From Hydrolagus colliei (taxonomy: Eukaryota), in contig CM068756.1 of the NCBI GenBank assembly GCA_035084275.1, positions 8,122,001 through 8,186,000 on the forward strand: a stretch of 64,000 nucleotides of DNA, given 5' to 3'. Of the stretch, positions 1 to 12,505 are shown piece by piece. A program made the position numbers and the translations under genes. Under the pieces are notes generated by a model. That model was not told the origin of the DNA. It worked only from the letters and a program-made list of their open reading frames with translations, and searched no databases. Each line of letters begins with the position of its first letter. Position 1 is the first letter of the stretch.

Positions 1-444
1 CACAGGGAATCAGACAACAATGTCATGTGTGCGCATCATTCCACTCACAAATAACTGTGGTCCGTCCGGTTACAGTTATGTTTTGAATAACCAAGCAATT
101 TCTCAAGATTTTCCATTTCACATACTGTTTTTTTTTTGACAAGTGGATTTGTGCTGGCTTCCTGTTTCGTAACATATTCATGTGCACACTTCCATTGACA
201 AGCGATGGGACTTAGAGCGCATGAGAATGTTGCAGCTCTACACAGAATGACCTTGGCACGCGCTCTCAGGTTCCCATTGTGATCCAGTGAAAAAATAAAC
301 CGATGTAGTGAACTTCTAAACCAAAACCTCCCCGTCAAAAACAGAATCATATTTTCACAGACCATTCACCTGACCGCAACTATTCGATGAGAAGAGTTAT
401 GAAGATATTAAGGGGGCTCTCACGCCCTTTTAATAAAACAATAC

Positions 445-730
445 TATTGTATTTTGTTGCATTTGATATGGCATCTTATCATGTTTAAATTTCTGAAAGC
501 GCTCCGCTGAGCTTTTAAGTAATGTGTAGTCACTGAGTATTTGCAGGTGAATGCGGCAGCTAATCTGAGCAGGACAAAAGGAGAAACTCACTTCTCATTA
601 TGGATAGTGCCATGGAATGTTCAACAGGCAGATGAGACCTTGGTGTAACATCTGATCTGAAGGACAGTATATATGTCTGACAATGTCATGTTCTCCCAGC
701 AATACACTGCAGCATCAACCTAGAATATGG
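445..730 (-). mobile_element. Old DeuSINE-type SINE copy
   Basis: L2-like tail (ttgcatttgatatggc...aaagcgct) plus a Deu-core-like segment (atagtgccatgg...caggcagatgagacc...catctgatctgaagga) shared with 32130-32531. Confidence 0.7.
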
Positions 731-1554
731 CTATCTGCAGTTTAAAAGCACATTGCACAGGCAGCACCGTGTGGAGTGATTACAAGAAAATCAACTGGAA
801 ATTCCACTCATAAGACCAGTGTGTCAAAAAAAATTGGAAAAATTCTTATATTAAGTCCGCAGTGCTTCAAGAAGAAACGGCTTTCGAATGAAGACAAAGC
901 GGAATATTAGGTCCACAGAAAGGTTCAAGTGACACCATCATCAATTGCAAGAGCAAAATACAATCACTTATAATATTGTGATCCAAAAGCCACATGTGAA
1001 TCTAGCAGGTTATCAAAATACATTTTCGTAACATCTCTGCAATTCAGAATTATTCTTTTTCAAGTAAAGAATTCCAAAACACTGCAAGCAAATGCATAGA
1101 AATCATTGATCCAAATCTGCCATTGCAAAATGTAATCTAAATAGGACACATTTACAATGTTTTCTACTGTGCTGCTAACACAGATCTGAAGTTTCTCCCC
1201 CGTACAATTTGCTTCAAAGAGCAATGAAACCCACACAGTGCCTGGTGCTGCTTTCAGTGGGTAGGTGCACGCATTTTCAGGGGAATAAAAGATTGATATT
1301 AATTATATTAATACTGGAGGGGTGAGCATCAACCTCACTTAGAATACGGCCGTGAGGATGATGAACTGGACTTGACGTGTATCTCCAGCACTCCGGGTCA
1401 TCGTTTAAAAAGGAAAGGGCTAACATGTAGTGCAGGTGCTGCCTCGGCCAAAGGGAGAGTGTGCACAGACAAATGAGTCTTGTAGGCATTTTGTACATAC
1501 CGGAGATTGCTTATCGATCCATATCAGAATATTCAGCATTGCCCAAGGGAGAGA

Positions 1555-1885
1555 GCAGAGTATTTTCTGAGGGAGTTAATAACCTGACCGCTCTGCTGTC
1601 TTGTCCAATTCACTGAAGCCGGGGCCCTAATCAGACTAGGATTTCTTATTTTGAGGTAGCCCTGGCTGATCGGCTGGTGCTGCAGCGCAGGTCTGGAGCG
1701 GGGCAATAATTGAAATGGCTGTTGGATGAAGGCTAATCAAACTGTTTATTATCGGACAGAATCAATATGTATAGATTGTAACAACTGTCATTGTCCTTTT
1801 ACAAAACATGAACAAATACCCTTGCCTCAACAGCTACATTATTGAAAGCAAATCTACACCTTGCATTTCAAAATAACTTGCCTCA
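1555..1885. promoter_or_regulatory. Candidate conserved enhancer
   Basis: Repeat-free, with CTAATCA x2, SOX CATTGT and ONECUT-like AATCAATA; conservation is inferred, not tested. Confidence 0.45.
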
Positions 1886-1944
1886 GCCTGTGTTCTGAAT
1901 CAGAGTAAGCAATGAATGTACAGGTATTTTGCTTTTCGACCCAC

Positions 1945-2066
1945 CTTCCCCTTCCCCTCCCTCCATCCTCCCCAATCCCGACCCCACTGACTGTCCAGTG
2001 TCTTGGGACGTCCTCCCAATGTGAAAGGCGCTATATAAATCAAATTTTGTCGTTGGTGTTGCTGTT
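1945..2066 (+). mobile_element. L2 LINE 3' end
   Basis: cttgggacgtcctcccaatgtgaaaggcgctatataaat followed by a degenerate (TTG)n tail; same family as 10050, 16718 and 61028. Confidence 0.8.
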
Positions 2067-2117
2067 TTATCAAGCTCGGAAAAAGGATTGCCTCTATTTA
2101 ATAATGCGCATAACATA

Positions 2118-2290
2118 AATAAATAATCCTTGCTTTTGTTTTAGAGCACCTTTCATATCCGGAGGAAGTCTCACAGGAATTACAATAAGGTGTAGTGACT
2201 GTGCATTTTGTAGGCAAACGTGGCAGCCAATTTGCACACGGCAATTTCCCATAAAAAGCCATAAATTGAATGACCACTCTCCCACCGCTG
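2118..2290 (-). mobile_element. DeuSINE-type SINE 3' fragment
   Basis: aataatccttgc...gtgactgtgcattttgtaggcaaacgtggcagccaatttgcacac, shared with many copies in this window. Confidence 0.75.
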
Positions 2291-2332
2291 CACTGGCATG
2301 AACTACTCACAAAGGGGTTGAAACTGTAGTAT

Positions 2333-2665
2333 TCATAGAATCATAGAATCATAGAATTTTACGGCACAAAAGGAGGCCATTCGGCCCATCTAGTCTGTGC
2401 CGGCTCTTTGAAAAGAGCGATTCAATCCCACTGCCCTGCCCGCTCCCCATAGCCTAATAGACCCGTTCTCCCTAAATAAAGATCTAATTCCCTTTTAAAA
2501 GTTGATATCGAATCAGCCTCCACCACCTTTTCAGGCAATGCATTCCAGATTCGAACAACTCGCTGAGTGAAAAAATTTCTCCTCAGCTCCCCTCTACTGC
2601 GCCTTGAAACTATTTTAAATCTGTGACCACGAGTCACAGATTCACCCACGAGTGGAATATTCACA
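2333..2665 (-). mobile_element. CR1 LINE 3' fragment (ORF2 C-terminus, 3'UTR and octamer tail)
   Basis: Translation TRGHRFKI...RRNFFTQRVVRIWNALP...FKRELDLYL is the typical CR1 ORF2 end; the terminal repeat (tcatagaa)x3 from 2333 is the CR1 (ATTCTATG)n tail. Confidence 0.92.
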
Positions 2666-2732
2666 CTTAAGATTCCTGCAAGTAACCTGACGTACACCCC
2701 TGAGGAAACTTGTACAGTAGTACCAACAAGAA

Positions 2733-2820
2733 CCCAGGTAGCAAGCCCATATGGGGCCCATATGGGCATGGATCAATCCAAATTGTCCCATATGGGGCCC
2801 ATATGGGCTTGCTACCTGGG
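2733..2820. mobile_element. 88-bp MITE, CACTA/EnSpm-like (CCCAG termini, 2-bp AA TSD)
   Basis: ~35-bp near-perfect TIRs cccaggtagcaagcccatatggggcccatatggg; AA on both sides (2731-2732, 2821-2822). Confidence 0.8.
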
Positions 2821-5026
2821 AACCTGAATAAATGGCAGGTTTATGGTCTTGTTTGGTCTTGTTTGCCTCTTCAATGAAAGTGGAAATCAACTGATGGACA
2901 CCAACCCCCTTCCACACCGCTGGCCCCATAAAAAAGGGAAATACCACCATTGTTAAAGATAATCCCCCCCGATAGAATGAGCATAGTGCTGGGTTTCCCC
3001 ATGTGTCAGACACCAGGATGATCCAAAAAAAAGAGGGAAAACAAGAAACCCCTCAACTTTTCCAAGCAGCAAAACTTAAAAACTTGTGTTGATTAATTAT
3101 TCTTAGAATAAATACTCCAGAAGTCGATGTTTTAACAAAACTCGGGTACAATTTACAACTAGTGGAAGCAGCTAAGAATTGTGAGGATTTCCACACATTT
3201 GGCTTGAACATTTATAACCATCGGGGTTTTTGCAGACTTGAAATTTATGAAAATAAATCATTTATAATTCTCCTCAGAAGTTGCTGCAATTACTCAAATG
3301 ACTCAGAAGACAAAAAGAACTAATCCAGAGAGGTATGTAATACTTCCCATTGTTAAGTTGGGTAAATTGATCCCTGTGTGGTGTGAGAATAGTTAAAAAT
3401 TAATACATGCTATGCAGTTAATAATGCTATTATCTCAGCTGGGCCTTTGAAGGAACCTGCAATTCCCCCAGTGAATCCCACAGCTCTGTCAGTTATTGTA
3501 TAATACAGACAATCAAATGTATCAGTTTATTCTCTGGTGAACTCATTATCCAGGGTGCTTTACTGAATTTGTACCCTTTGGGGTTTGTTTTTACTCTTCC
3601 TTTGAGAATGTGGCCTAATAGTCCTTAAAAGTCCATCTTATAATTTGTATAAATCATCTGTGGGGCTGCAGTTTGATATGCCCAATATGCAATTATAAAG
3701 CAGTTATATAATACTGCTAGTTTGTGAACTTGCTAGTTTCGTGCACCACAACAAACGCAAAAGGTTCAGTTGTTTAGAGATCATTATTTTTTTGAAAAAA
3801 GGTGAGTGCACTGTATATTCTTGTCCAGTTTAATTTCAAACGATTAACTCCTGGATCTTAATTAAAATTCATTCACATAAATCTTCTCACCCACCTCAAC
3901 CACAGGCTGGTCAGACTGGTTAGTATTTTTCGTGTTTACATTTGCCCAATTTCAAAGATTAAAAATGGCCAGTAACAGAATCTGCAGGTAAGATTTGGAG
4001 TGCTTCTCTTCTGTGCAGAAAGATGAGTTGCATAAATAAGAATGGAAAACCTGTGCTTTTTTTTCACAGCGAAGCATCTCTCTTCCTTTGTTATAAAGGT
4101 GATGGTGCCTTCCTCTCTCCTAGCCACTCTGCCTTTGAGTCATTACCTTTCCCCCCACCACCACCTATCCCCTCTCCCGTCCCCCCTTCCTCCCCCACTC
4201 TCCCTTCCTCCCCACGGGTGAGCGCAAGGGGATTGCAGGCAATCAACCTGAACCTCACACCCTCACATACCGTCACACATCTCAATACCTCAGGGAAACC
4301 GGCTGATATGCGATTGTGGGGTGGGGGGGTTAGGGGGGGAGGAAGAGGAGAGGGAAATAAATATTTTTTGTTGTTTTACCAACCAATGCAAGATAGCCAC
4401 CAGTGAGAATGAAGCACGCTTAACAAGCAATATGCAACATAACTGATAGAAGTATAAACATAAGTGGCTGAATTAAAATGTAGCTGCACTCTAGGAATTC
4501 CTCCTTTGGCACTTGAAGGCTTTCCTTGATGACCTGGCTGGTTGAAAGTCTTTCCCTTGAACGTGCATGAGAACACTTTGCTGACAGGTTACCATCTGCT
4601 CCCCAAGGCGCAGCATTACTGATGCATGTATTCATCTCCTAAGAGGATTTCAATGAGTAAAGCTTCAGCTATAAATATTCTTTTGTTGGAATTATAAAAT
4701 CTTAGTCGGTGCCCTAAATACAGTAAGTGAATTACTCTGACATCAGACTGTGTTTCTGATATTAAACAAACAGATTTGCTGATAAGCTGTACACGTTTAT
4801 ATGGATTTACAATTTGTGGTTCTCTGCAGGTGGTACTTCTAATTACTTTATATGACAGTGATATTGTTTTACAATAATCACGATAAACATGGTTAAAAGA
4901 TCCCTGGCCGTCTGAGAGACGTCTGAATGTTTACAATCCTCTCTTGTGTTTGAAGGCATATTAGGTCACGGTTTCAACAGAATAAATACTAGGGCTGTTC
5001 ATTTCACACTTACTAATATAATTTAG

Positions 5027-5225
5027 AATAATAATCATCATCCTTGTATGTTGGAGTAGCACCTTTCATATCAGGATATCTCACAAGATTAATTGTAACA
5101 TATAGTGACTATTCCATAAATAATAATAATAATACTTACATTTGATATAGCGCTTTTCACGTCTTCTAGACATCTCAAATAATCCATCCTACAAATAATT
5201 ACAAAGTGAATGACTAATTTTATCT
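5027..5225 (-). mobile_element. Two tandem SINE/L2-tail fragments
   Basis: Two (AAT)n tails, each followed by the family 3' stem-loop sequence (e.g. catttgatatagcgcttttcacgtcttctagacatctcaaa). Confidence 0.7.
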
Positions 5226-5939
5226 GGGGTAATTAATTAAATACTTCAATGAATGAGTTTTGATCACAAATCATTTTTGATTTGAAATTAATGACTCCAC
5301 ACTTGCTTTGAAACAGTACATTTTAAGGACATGAATGTAAAAGGCCTTGTTTGCAACTGTTAATTAATTTTCTAGTAGAGTCAAGTTACAACATGGTGGT
5401 TGGATCCTTAAGATCTCAAATCTAGAATAAAGTCTATAAAGGGTTTGCCGACCAGTTCCCAAGTAGCACAAATGGCTAGCTTCTGTCACTTCCTGTATAT
5501 TGTGCAAAGCAGGAAATAATATCAGCAGCAAAATTAAAACCTTAATTCACAATGAGGAGAAGATTATACTGAACAAAATTAATTTTAACTTGTGATTTTT
5601 TGTATATATAAATAAAAGCACGTTTAGTATTTTCAAATAGTTGTCCAGTAGGACAGTTTCATTATATTAATGCCACATAATCAGTTTGATTTATATTAAA
5701 CATAAAATGACACGGAAAAATAACTTTACAGCGTTCTATTCCACTGATCACGTTGCACATCAGACCATAGTTCACTGATTGTATTTTCACAATATGAAGA
5801 TGGTTAAATTAAACAACGTGTTAGTTAACACTTTAAAATCTCAAAAGTATACCTTATGTCATGGACCTATTTTGACTGCAGCTGAATACACTGTATTTTA
5901 TAATTTAGGGACACAAAAGTACAAATATTTCAAACAGCG

Positions 5940-6920
5940 TAAAAATACATTGTCGAGCCATAAAGGATAGGCAGCCATTAGTCCTTTCAGGGTTAATATT
6001 GATGCAGATATTACTACAATCCATTGTGCCATTTATTTGAAATATTATGACCAAGAGTAGTTGCAGCAGTGAATCAACCCAATTGATAGAGCAGTTAGCC
6101 TGGAGTCAAGGCTGACTTTACACTGCAGAGTGAGCATGAAATATTATGGAGATTGTTCTTTAAAGTGATCGCTTTATCATCATTTGTCTAGGGTCGAGGC
6201 TATTTTATTCTGGCTCACTTCCCTCTCGGGTTTGCAGCTGTCATAACTCAATCCACTAAATAATACTGTTTAAGGCCACCTCTGCACCTACTATTGAACT
6301 TGTCAATGAAAACGAAGCAAGTTGCGTTTATGTGTTTTGACATGTGCTAAAACTGCACGGATATAAATATCAGATTATATGTGTAAAGTATGTTTTTCCA
6401 AATGTAATTATGACCTTGTTGAATATGATAGATATGGAATGCCCGGAGCTCCCTGTGGTTAAGACATTGATTTCTATCATCTCCGATCGCAGCAGACAAG
6501 GATATGACAAGCTCCATCACTCAGCGGTTTCTGCAAACATTTGCACTGTTGTCTGTGACATCAAGTTGTCAAATATGTTTACACACTTGAGAAAAATACA
6601 TTGTAAACAAATGTCATAATGGGTTGCGAGCAAAAGCTGATGTGAAGCAGGTTCAAGCAGACGATGCATAAAAATGTGTCAAACCTAGGCTCATTGTTAG
6701 GTGATGAAAATGTAACTCGGAAGAGATGGAGACAAAAGCAGTTAATACAAGGCAAATATACAGTAAAATGTCACCACCCTTTCAAAGGAAAGGGAAAACA
6801 GAAAGAATGTCATAAAGGGGTGGGTGTTGTAGAAAGCCAGTACAGTTTTCACCTGTGTTCTCTGTTAATGGGGAGGCCGTCAAATATCATATGTGCGTTA
6901 TAATAGGTCAATGTACATTG
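5940..6920. promoter_or_regulatory. Candidate conserved enhancer
   Basis: Long repeat-free block with AGGGTTAA, SOX CATTGT x3, NR half-site TGACCTTG, FOX TGTAAACA and retained CpGs. Confidence 0.45.
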
Positions 6921-8787
6921 GAGAACATGCTAAATGAAGTCTAGGGAAGCGGTATTCTTTCACTGCTTCCAATGTTGGTGAGCCAACATATTTACCTTTC
7001 CCTGGTAATATGAGTTGAAAAGCTCATCTGTCTCTCCCTCTCTCTCCCTACTGGCTCTTTATGAAATGAGTTTAGATAGTTAACCCACGCCCTTAATGTA
7101 CATATCGCCCCCCCCCCCCCCCCCCCCACCCCCACTCCCCCAAAATGACAAAATTCAGCAGACCTTATTTGTGAGACGATAGGACAAACATTTGTGGGAA
7201 GGAATTCTCTTCTTAGGTTGGGTTTGAGACATGATGTTGAGAGCTGAATAGATGGAGCTTTACTTGCACCCGTCATATTATACCTGATATGAGATTGATG
7301 TTCTGTAAACAGGATCGTAACATACACCAAGTACATCATATTTATTCTATCTGTGCTTTGGTCCTTTCTCTCTTTCTACCTTGTCTGTCCAAGTATTGTT
7401 ATTTTATGTATTTTCCTACTGACTTACAAAGCGCTCCAATGCTCTATCAGTCTTTTTGATACTTTATTCATTTTAACCATAATATCCCAAAACTCCTAAC
7501 TCAATTTCATCCTTTCTGCTTAAGATGCTCCCAATCCAAATCAATCTCATTGGCCTCATGGATTTCAAGTACTGTATAAAGCTGCTCTTCATTTATAAAT
7601 AATTTCTCATTGAGATAATTCCAGTCCTTGTTGACACAATCTTGCAGAACAAAATGGACATTGAATTTAATTGGACTAGATTAAGCTACAAATTGAAAAT
7701 AAATCATTCCATCCTTCTAAACCCATTTTTAACAAATATTAAGTAATTCAATGTGTTTACATATGAGAAATATCGGAACAATTCCTGCACTTAACAGATG
7801 AGATTTGAATTGACTGTATTATTCATACAGCAAGCTGGTGGGCGAGGTGTGCAATCATCAGCAAAAGAGACATCAATGGGCCTATGGTGTAAGATTGGTG
7901 TAGAGAGGCTAATTTTTATTACCAAGGGCAAGGCAATTCATTGACTCTCAGTGATACATGATGAAGACTTGGAAAAATACTCTATATCCAAGTATATCAT
8001 TGTATCTTTGACTACATTATTACTGCATATCGTGGCACCTTGGGTCTCAGTGCTTAATTATGAAAAACCTTTAGACAAAGGGCATCTGATAATTGCAATA
8101 TCTTGGCCAAGCAAGTGATACAAAAGATTTATAAGCTGGTATTCAAAGAATAATTTGTGGCATCTGTGGCTTTTGGAGGTGATGATTCTAACTCAGCTTC
8201 TTTAATAACCTTTCTGTTCTTCAATGCAGCAATATCTGTCAAATGATTGTAAATCATGGGTACATTTGCAATGCCGTATCTTATGCTTATTAACAAAATG
8301 CGGCATGGACAGTAATGGCTGCACTTTTTATTCCCCCCACCCCCAACATTGTTCTATTGATATTTTAGTATAAATACAACTGAACTCTGACTGCCAGAGT
8401 GGAACACTTTCATAACTTGAAATGCTTGTTTCTGTAACTGTCCAATTACACTTACTTACAATTGTATATTATAAAAATTTAATACAGATTTAAGTAAAGG
8501 ATACATCATTTTAATCTGTTTTATTGTTAAACCTAAGACTGCTATTCAATGTTAGTCATGGTTCATTGCCTATAAATTATACAATTTTATAGTTTGTACA
8601 TACTTTGTGCATATAAACAATGTGAAATTAATTTGTTTTTCCAGCTAAATGGACTAAACACTCATTTTCTCTTTCCACCAGTTTTGTTCTTAAAATGTCT
8701 CCAGGCTCCAACTTAAAAATAACATAGTTTGTTATATATATTTATATATATATAGCCTTGAATGTTTCTTCTTTTTAAGAAATGATC

Positions 8788-8980
8788 ATTATAATCCTTG
8801 CATTTGATATAACCCTTTAACATGTTGTCGAGATGTCTTAAAGTGCTTCATGGGACTCACTGTGAAGCATAGTGACTGTGTGCTGGTAAACACCACCGCC
8901 AATTTCTTCACAGCAATGTCTCACTAACAGGCATGAAGTGAATGACCTTTTTTAATCCGGGGAATTGTTGGCCAGGATAA
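8788..8980 (-). mobile_element. DeuSINE-type SINE 3' fragment
   Basis: ataatccttgcatttgatata...aaagtgcttca...gccaattt...cacagcaatgtctc...gaatgacc. Confidence 0.7.
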
Positions 8981-9744
8981 CAAATTACGACTAGAATTTA
9001 GTGCTTATTTAATCATTTAAAATCTGCAGACATCTAAAATATGTTGTTTTGGAAAAAAAAAGGCTGAATGTTTTACGACACTTTTGTATACCACTTGAAA
9101 TGCAAAAATGTGAGACTAGTTTCTTTGCACGAATCAAGCACATTTAGGATTTTGGAGTGAAGGTAATTTATATCTAATCCCTAATGTTTCTGTTATATTA
9201 TTCACGTGATTTTGTGCGTCACTTAACTGTGCGTGCTCTGTTCATCACATCAATTCACTGACTGTGGAACTAACAGTGCCACAATGTGAATTCATTAAAT
9301 TATCCATTGCATTATGAATACTATAGGTTTCCAGAGCATCAGCAGCACTCACAGTGTAGTTAAACAAATTGCTCTCATTTACAAGGGGGAAAGGATACAG
9401 GCATAGAGGAGGTACAAATTGCTTCCCCCCAAACACAAATTGGCAGACCTTAGTGTTGCCATTGTTTATTTCACTAAATAAATGATCTGTGAGTTATGTG
9501 ATGTGGTAAGGAGCAACTGGAATTGCAAATACATATGGATTTTTAAGAGCACAAAAAGACCACACAAGCCTGAAATGAACCATCTCTCTCTCTCTGCCAA
9601 TGAAGGTGAATTCTGCAGTCCCAATAGGATTGGGAAGAATATCTCTGGTTGGTGTTGTGAATACTTTGCACTGAACCACCAAGGGAGTAACAGCTTCCTA
9701 TTTTCACCAACTCTTTAAGTCAACAGACCCTACAAATGCACTAC

Positions 9745-9820
9745 GCTCGCCAGTGAATCCCTGTGAAGCACTTTGAGGCATTTCAAATTTGTAGGCATTA
9801 CTTCAAATGCAAGGATTAAT
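9745..9820 (+). mobile_element. SINE 3' tail fragment
   Basis: ctgtgaagcactttgag...caaatgcaaggatta. Confidence 0.6.
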
Positions 9821-10049
9821 TCTGATTGAATCATAAAAACAATAATTCATGAAGAGAATGACTAACTTGCTCAATCAAAGTTGATTGAAATGTTAATCAA
9901 AATCTTGAACAAATTCTTACAAGAATTGAGTTGAAACTTGAATATGCTGTATTTCAATGGGATGATGATTTGGAAGCATTCAATAGATTGTAGGGAGGCA
10001 AAAACACAAAATAATTGGGGATACTGACCTAAAGGGATCAGTGCTTGGT

Positions 10050-10116
10050 AATAACAACAACAACAATTTACATTTATAGAGCGCCTTTCACGTCGGGAGG
10101 ACGTCCCAAGGCGCTG
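10050..10116 (-). mobile_element. Young L2 3' end
   Basis: (CAA)n tail plus tttacatttatagagcgcctttcacgtcgggaggacgtcccaaggcgct, nearly identical to the reverse complement of 61028-61094. Confidence 0.85.
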
Positions 10117-10399
10117 AAATATTACTTGAATAGTTAGATCTACCAAAAGCATTTAGTGGCTAACAAATTATTATTTACTTGTAATGAAGAAGTTACATTT
10201 GAAAGCTGTATTGAGCTTCATTCCACAAATAGTTTAACCCACAATCTCTCAACAGGACTATCAATAGACCTGGGAACCTCTAATGACCTTGTGCACTTAA
10301 AAACTATAATTTTTTCATGGCTCTGGTTTGAGTCTTTGATCAGGATACCCAAAGTGAGAGCAAATACTGACCCTAGCAATCTCACCATATTAGAGTAGC

Positions 10400-11460
10400 C
10401 AGTCTGTGAAGGGCAGTCCTATTCAAACCATTCATTAAAAACAGAACTGGTTATCTCAGTAAGATAGATTCATTTTATGTTCTGCAGATTAATGGACAAA
10501 GGTGATGTTTCTGTAAATCAAAAGGCGCTCACTAGAAAAACACCTACAATTTCATGTTTTCGTTTTGTCGATTGTGACAGCTTCAATGTCGCTGGCTGTG
10601 TTAAAATGCAAATGCCTCATTCTGAAGGCTGCCATTGGGCTCAAAAGGATTTACTTGTTCATTATCACGAAATGATATGAACATAGGAAAAACATGACAC
10701 ACAGACAAATCTAAGCATACCAATATGTTCACAAGAGAAAGTCCGATCTGATAGCTAACACTGTCAGCTCTCTCAGGATTTAATAACCTTTAAAGTTTTC
10801 TGCGCAAAGTGTTCAGCTGAATAAAATGTGATTAATGATGTGAGGCAGAAAAGTGGCCATTTGAAAATATCTATTGATAGAATGGTCAGTAGTTTAGCTG
10901 ACCCTTGGGTCAAAAAGGTTTTAGTTACGACTAGGAATACTGATTCGTGGAATTTCAGTCTTTTATTAAAAAAAAGTATATAAATGAGTCTTGGAGGGAG
11001 AGGAGGACCATAATCATACTGTAACCTCTGTTTCTTTGAAAGATAATTTCTACAGAAGCCACAAGCTCCCTGGACATTTATATAATGAGTAACACTTTAT
11101 GAATGTATGAAGCTTATGATTCTGTTAAACAATTGGTTAAATCGGTGACTACACGTATCTTTTACATACATTTCATAATAAATAATAAAGATATTAATAA
11201 TAAAGCGAAAGGTTAACAAAGGGTCACGGAGGCTTTCCTATCACTCAAGTTACTTATTCAGTGAAATGAGAAATTGATCACATTAGTGTGTTAAAAAGAA
11301 CCTGATTCATTACAATCAGTTCTCTATTGGCAGCAACGATGGTGGGCAAAGTTAGGGTATTAGTTATGCTCGATTTAGCAAAGGTCATGAGTGTTCAAGC
11401 CATTTCACAACTCGGAATCACCTTTTTGACCTCTCAGTGAACACCAAACAAATGCTCAAA
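10400..11460. promoter_or_regulatory. Candidate conserved enhancer(s)
   Basis: PBX-HOX TGATTAAT (10829-10836), MEIS TGACAG/CTGTCA and NR4A-type AAAGGTCA; repeat-free. Confidence 0.4.
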
Positions 11461-12404
11461 AACTGAACAAAATACTATTTAACATACATTTTTGACTAAT
11501 ACAAAAGTTCGAAAGGATTTGGTCAGCAAGTAAACAAGGAGAAAATAATGCCTAATTCACGTGGCTTTAGGCCACAAACTCCACTTTTCCTCATGACTAT
11601 TCATTTCTTCTTGCGAGGCTGAAATATGGCATTTACAATACCAGGGTCTCAGCTGAATTGGTTTAATTCTGTGAAAATAATTCAAGCTCACTGGAGTGGC
11701 CTGATTGCATTTAGTGAACATTTGGCTGAATGGGATGAGAAGATAAATGGTGAAATGCACATCACTTGATTCTGAAACTTCTCACTGATTTCCAATACAC
11801 GGATATTTATTCTTCTGTATGCATCAGCATTCTGAGATCATTGCAGTTCTCAGTCTAACTTGTTGTTTTCCTTTATAGATTACTGAAGCCTGGGATCATT
11901 CTACTTACTAATAGTTTGGTTTAACAGGGACACCCATCCACTCACCACTCTTTCTTTACCTGTTAAAGTCTAATAAACTTATGCAAATCTGGAAATCATT
12001 ATCCTATTCCACAAACATCCAAGGAGATCACACTTGGTAAGACTGATACTCACTAGTTGGTCATTTGACGAGTGCAGGCCCTCAATAGTAGCTACCTGCG
12101 AGCTTCCCGATGAACAGCAAAACATAAAATGTGTGAGAGCATTTCCAGCATCTTCCTGCCCATGGCTCAGACACTAATCGCTGTCTATTGAGCAATAGTT
12201 GCACCAGTTTAAGATGTGGTACATCTTTACACATTTTATGCTTTGATGAAGTACATCTACTTGCCTTTATACATATCAATCACATGGTGGGTCCAAGGCC
12301 TGTATATATGAGCACATGTTCACAAACCCAGACTGCAGGTAATGCCTTCCAATACCTGTCATTCCAAATTATTCGATAGCCATCTGCCTTCAGCATTGTG
12401 GGAT

Positions 12405-12505
12405 ACAATGATAATGATATGATATAATAATATATTGATATTGTTAATGATAATGTTATATACATATAGTATATATTATAATGATAATGATATAATGATA
12501 AGATA
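12405..12505. repeat. AT-rich low-complexity repeat (ATAATG-like)
   Basis: Degenerate gataat/atata tandem units. Confidence 0.75.

Noticed and set aside
2422-2769. 115-aa ORF as a host gene
   Set aside because: Chimera of a MITE arm and the CR1 ORF2 C-terminus.
12060-12400. Coding-looking segment as a pseudogene
   Set aside because: Minus-strand translations gave no family I could recognise, only a GQEDA fragment; needs BLASTX.
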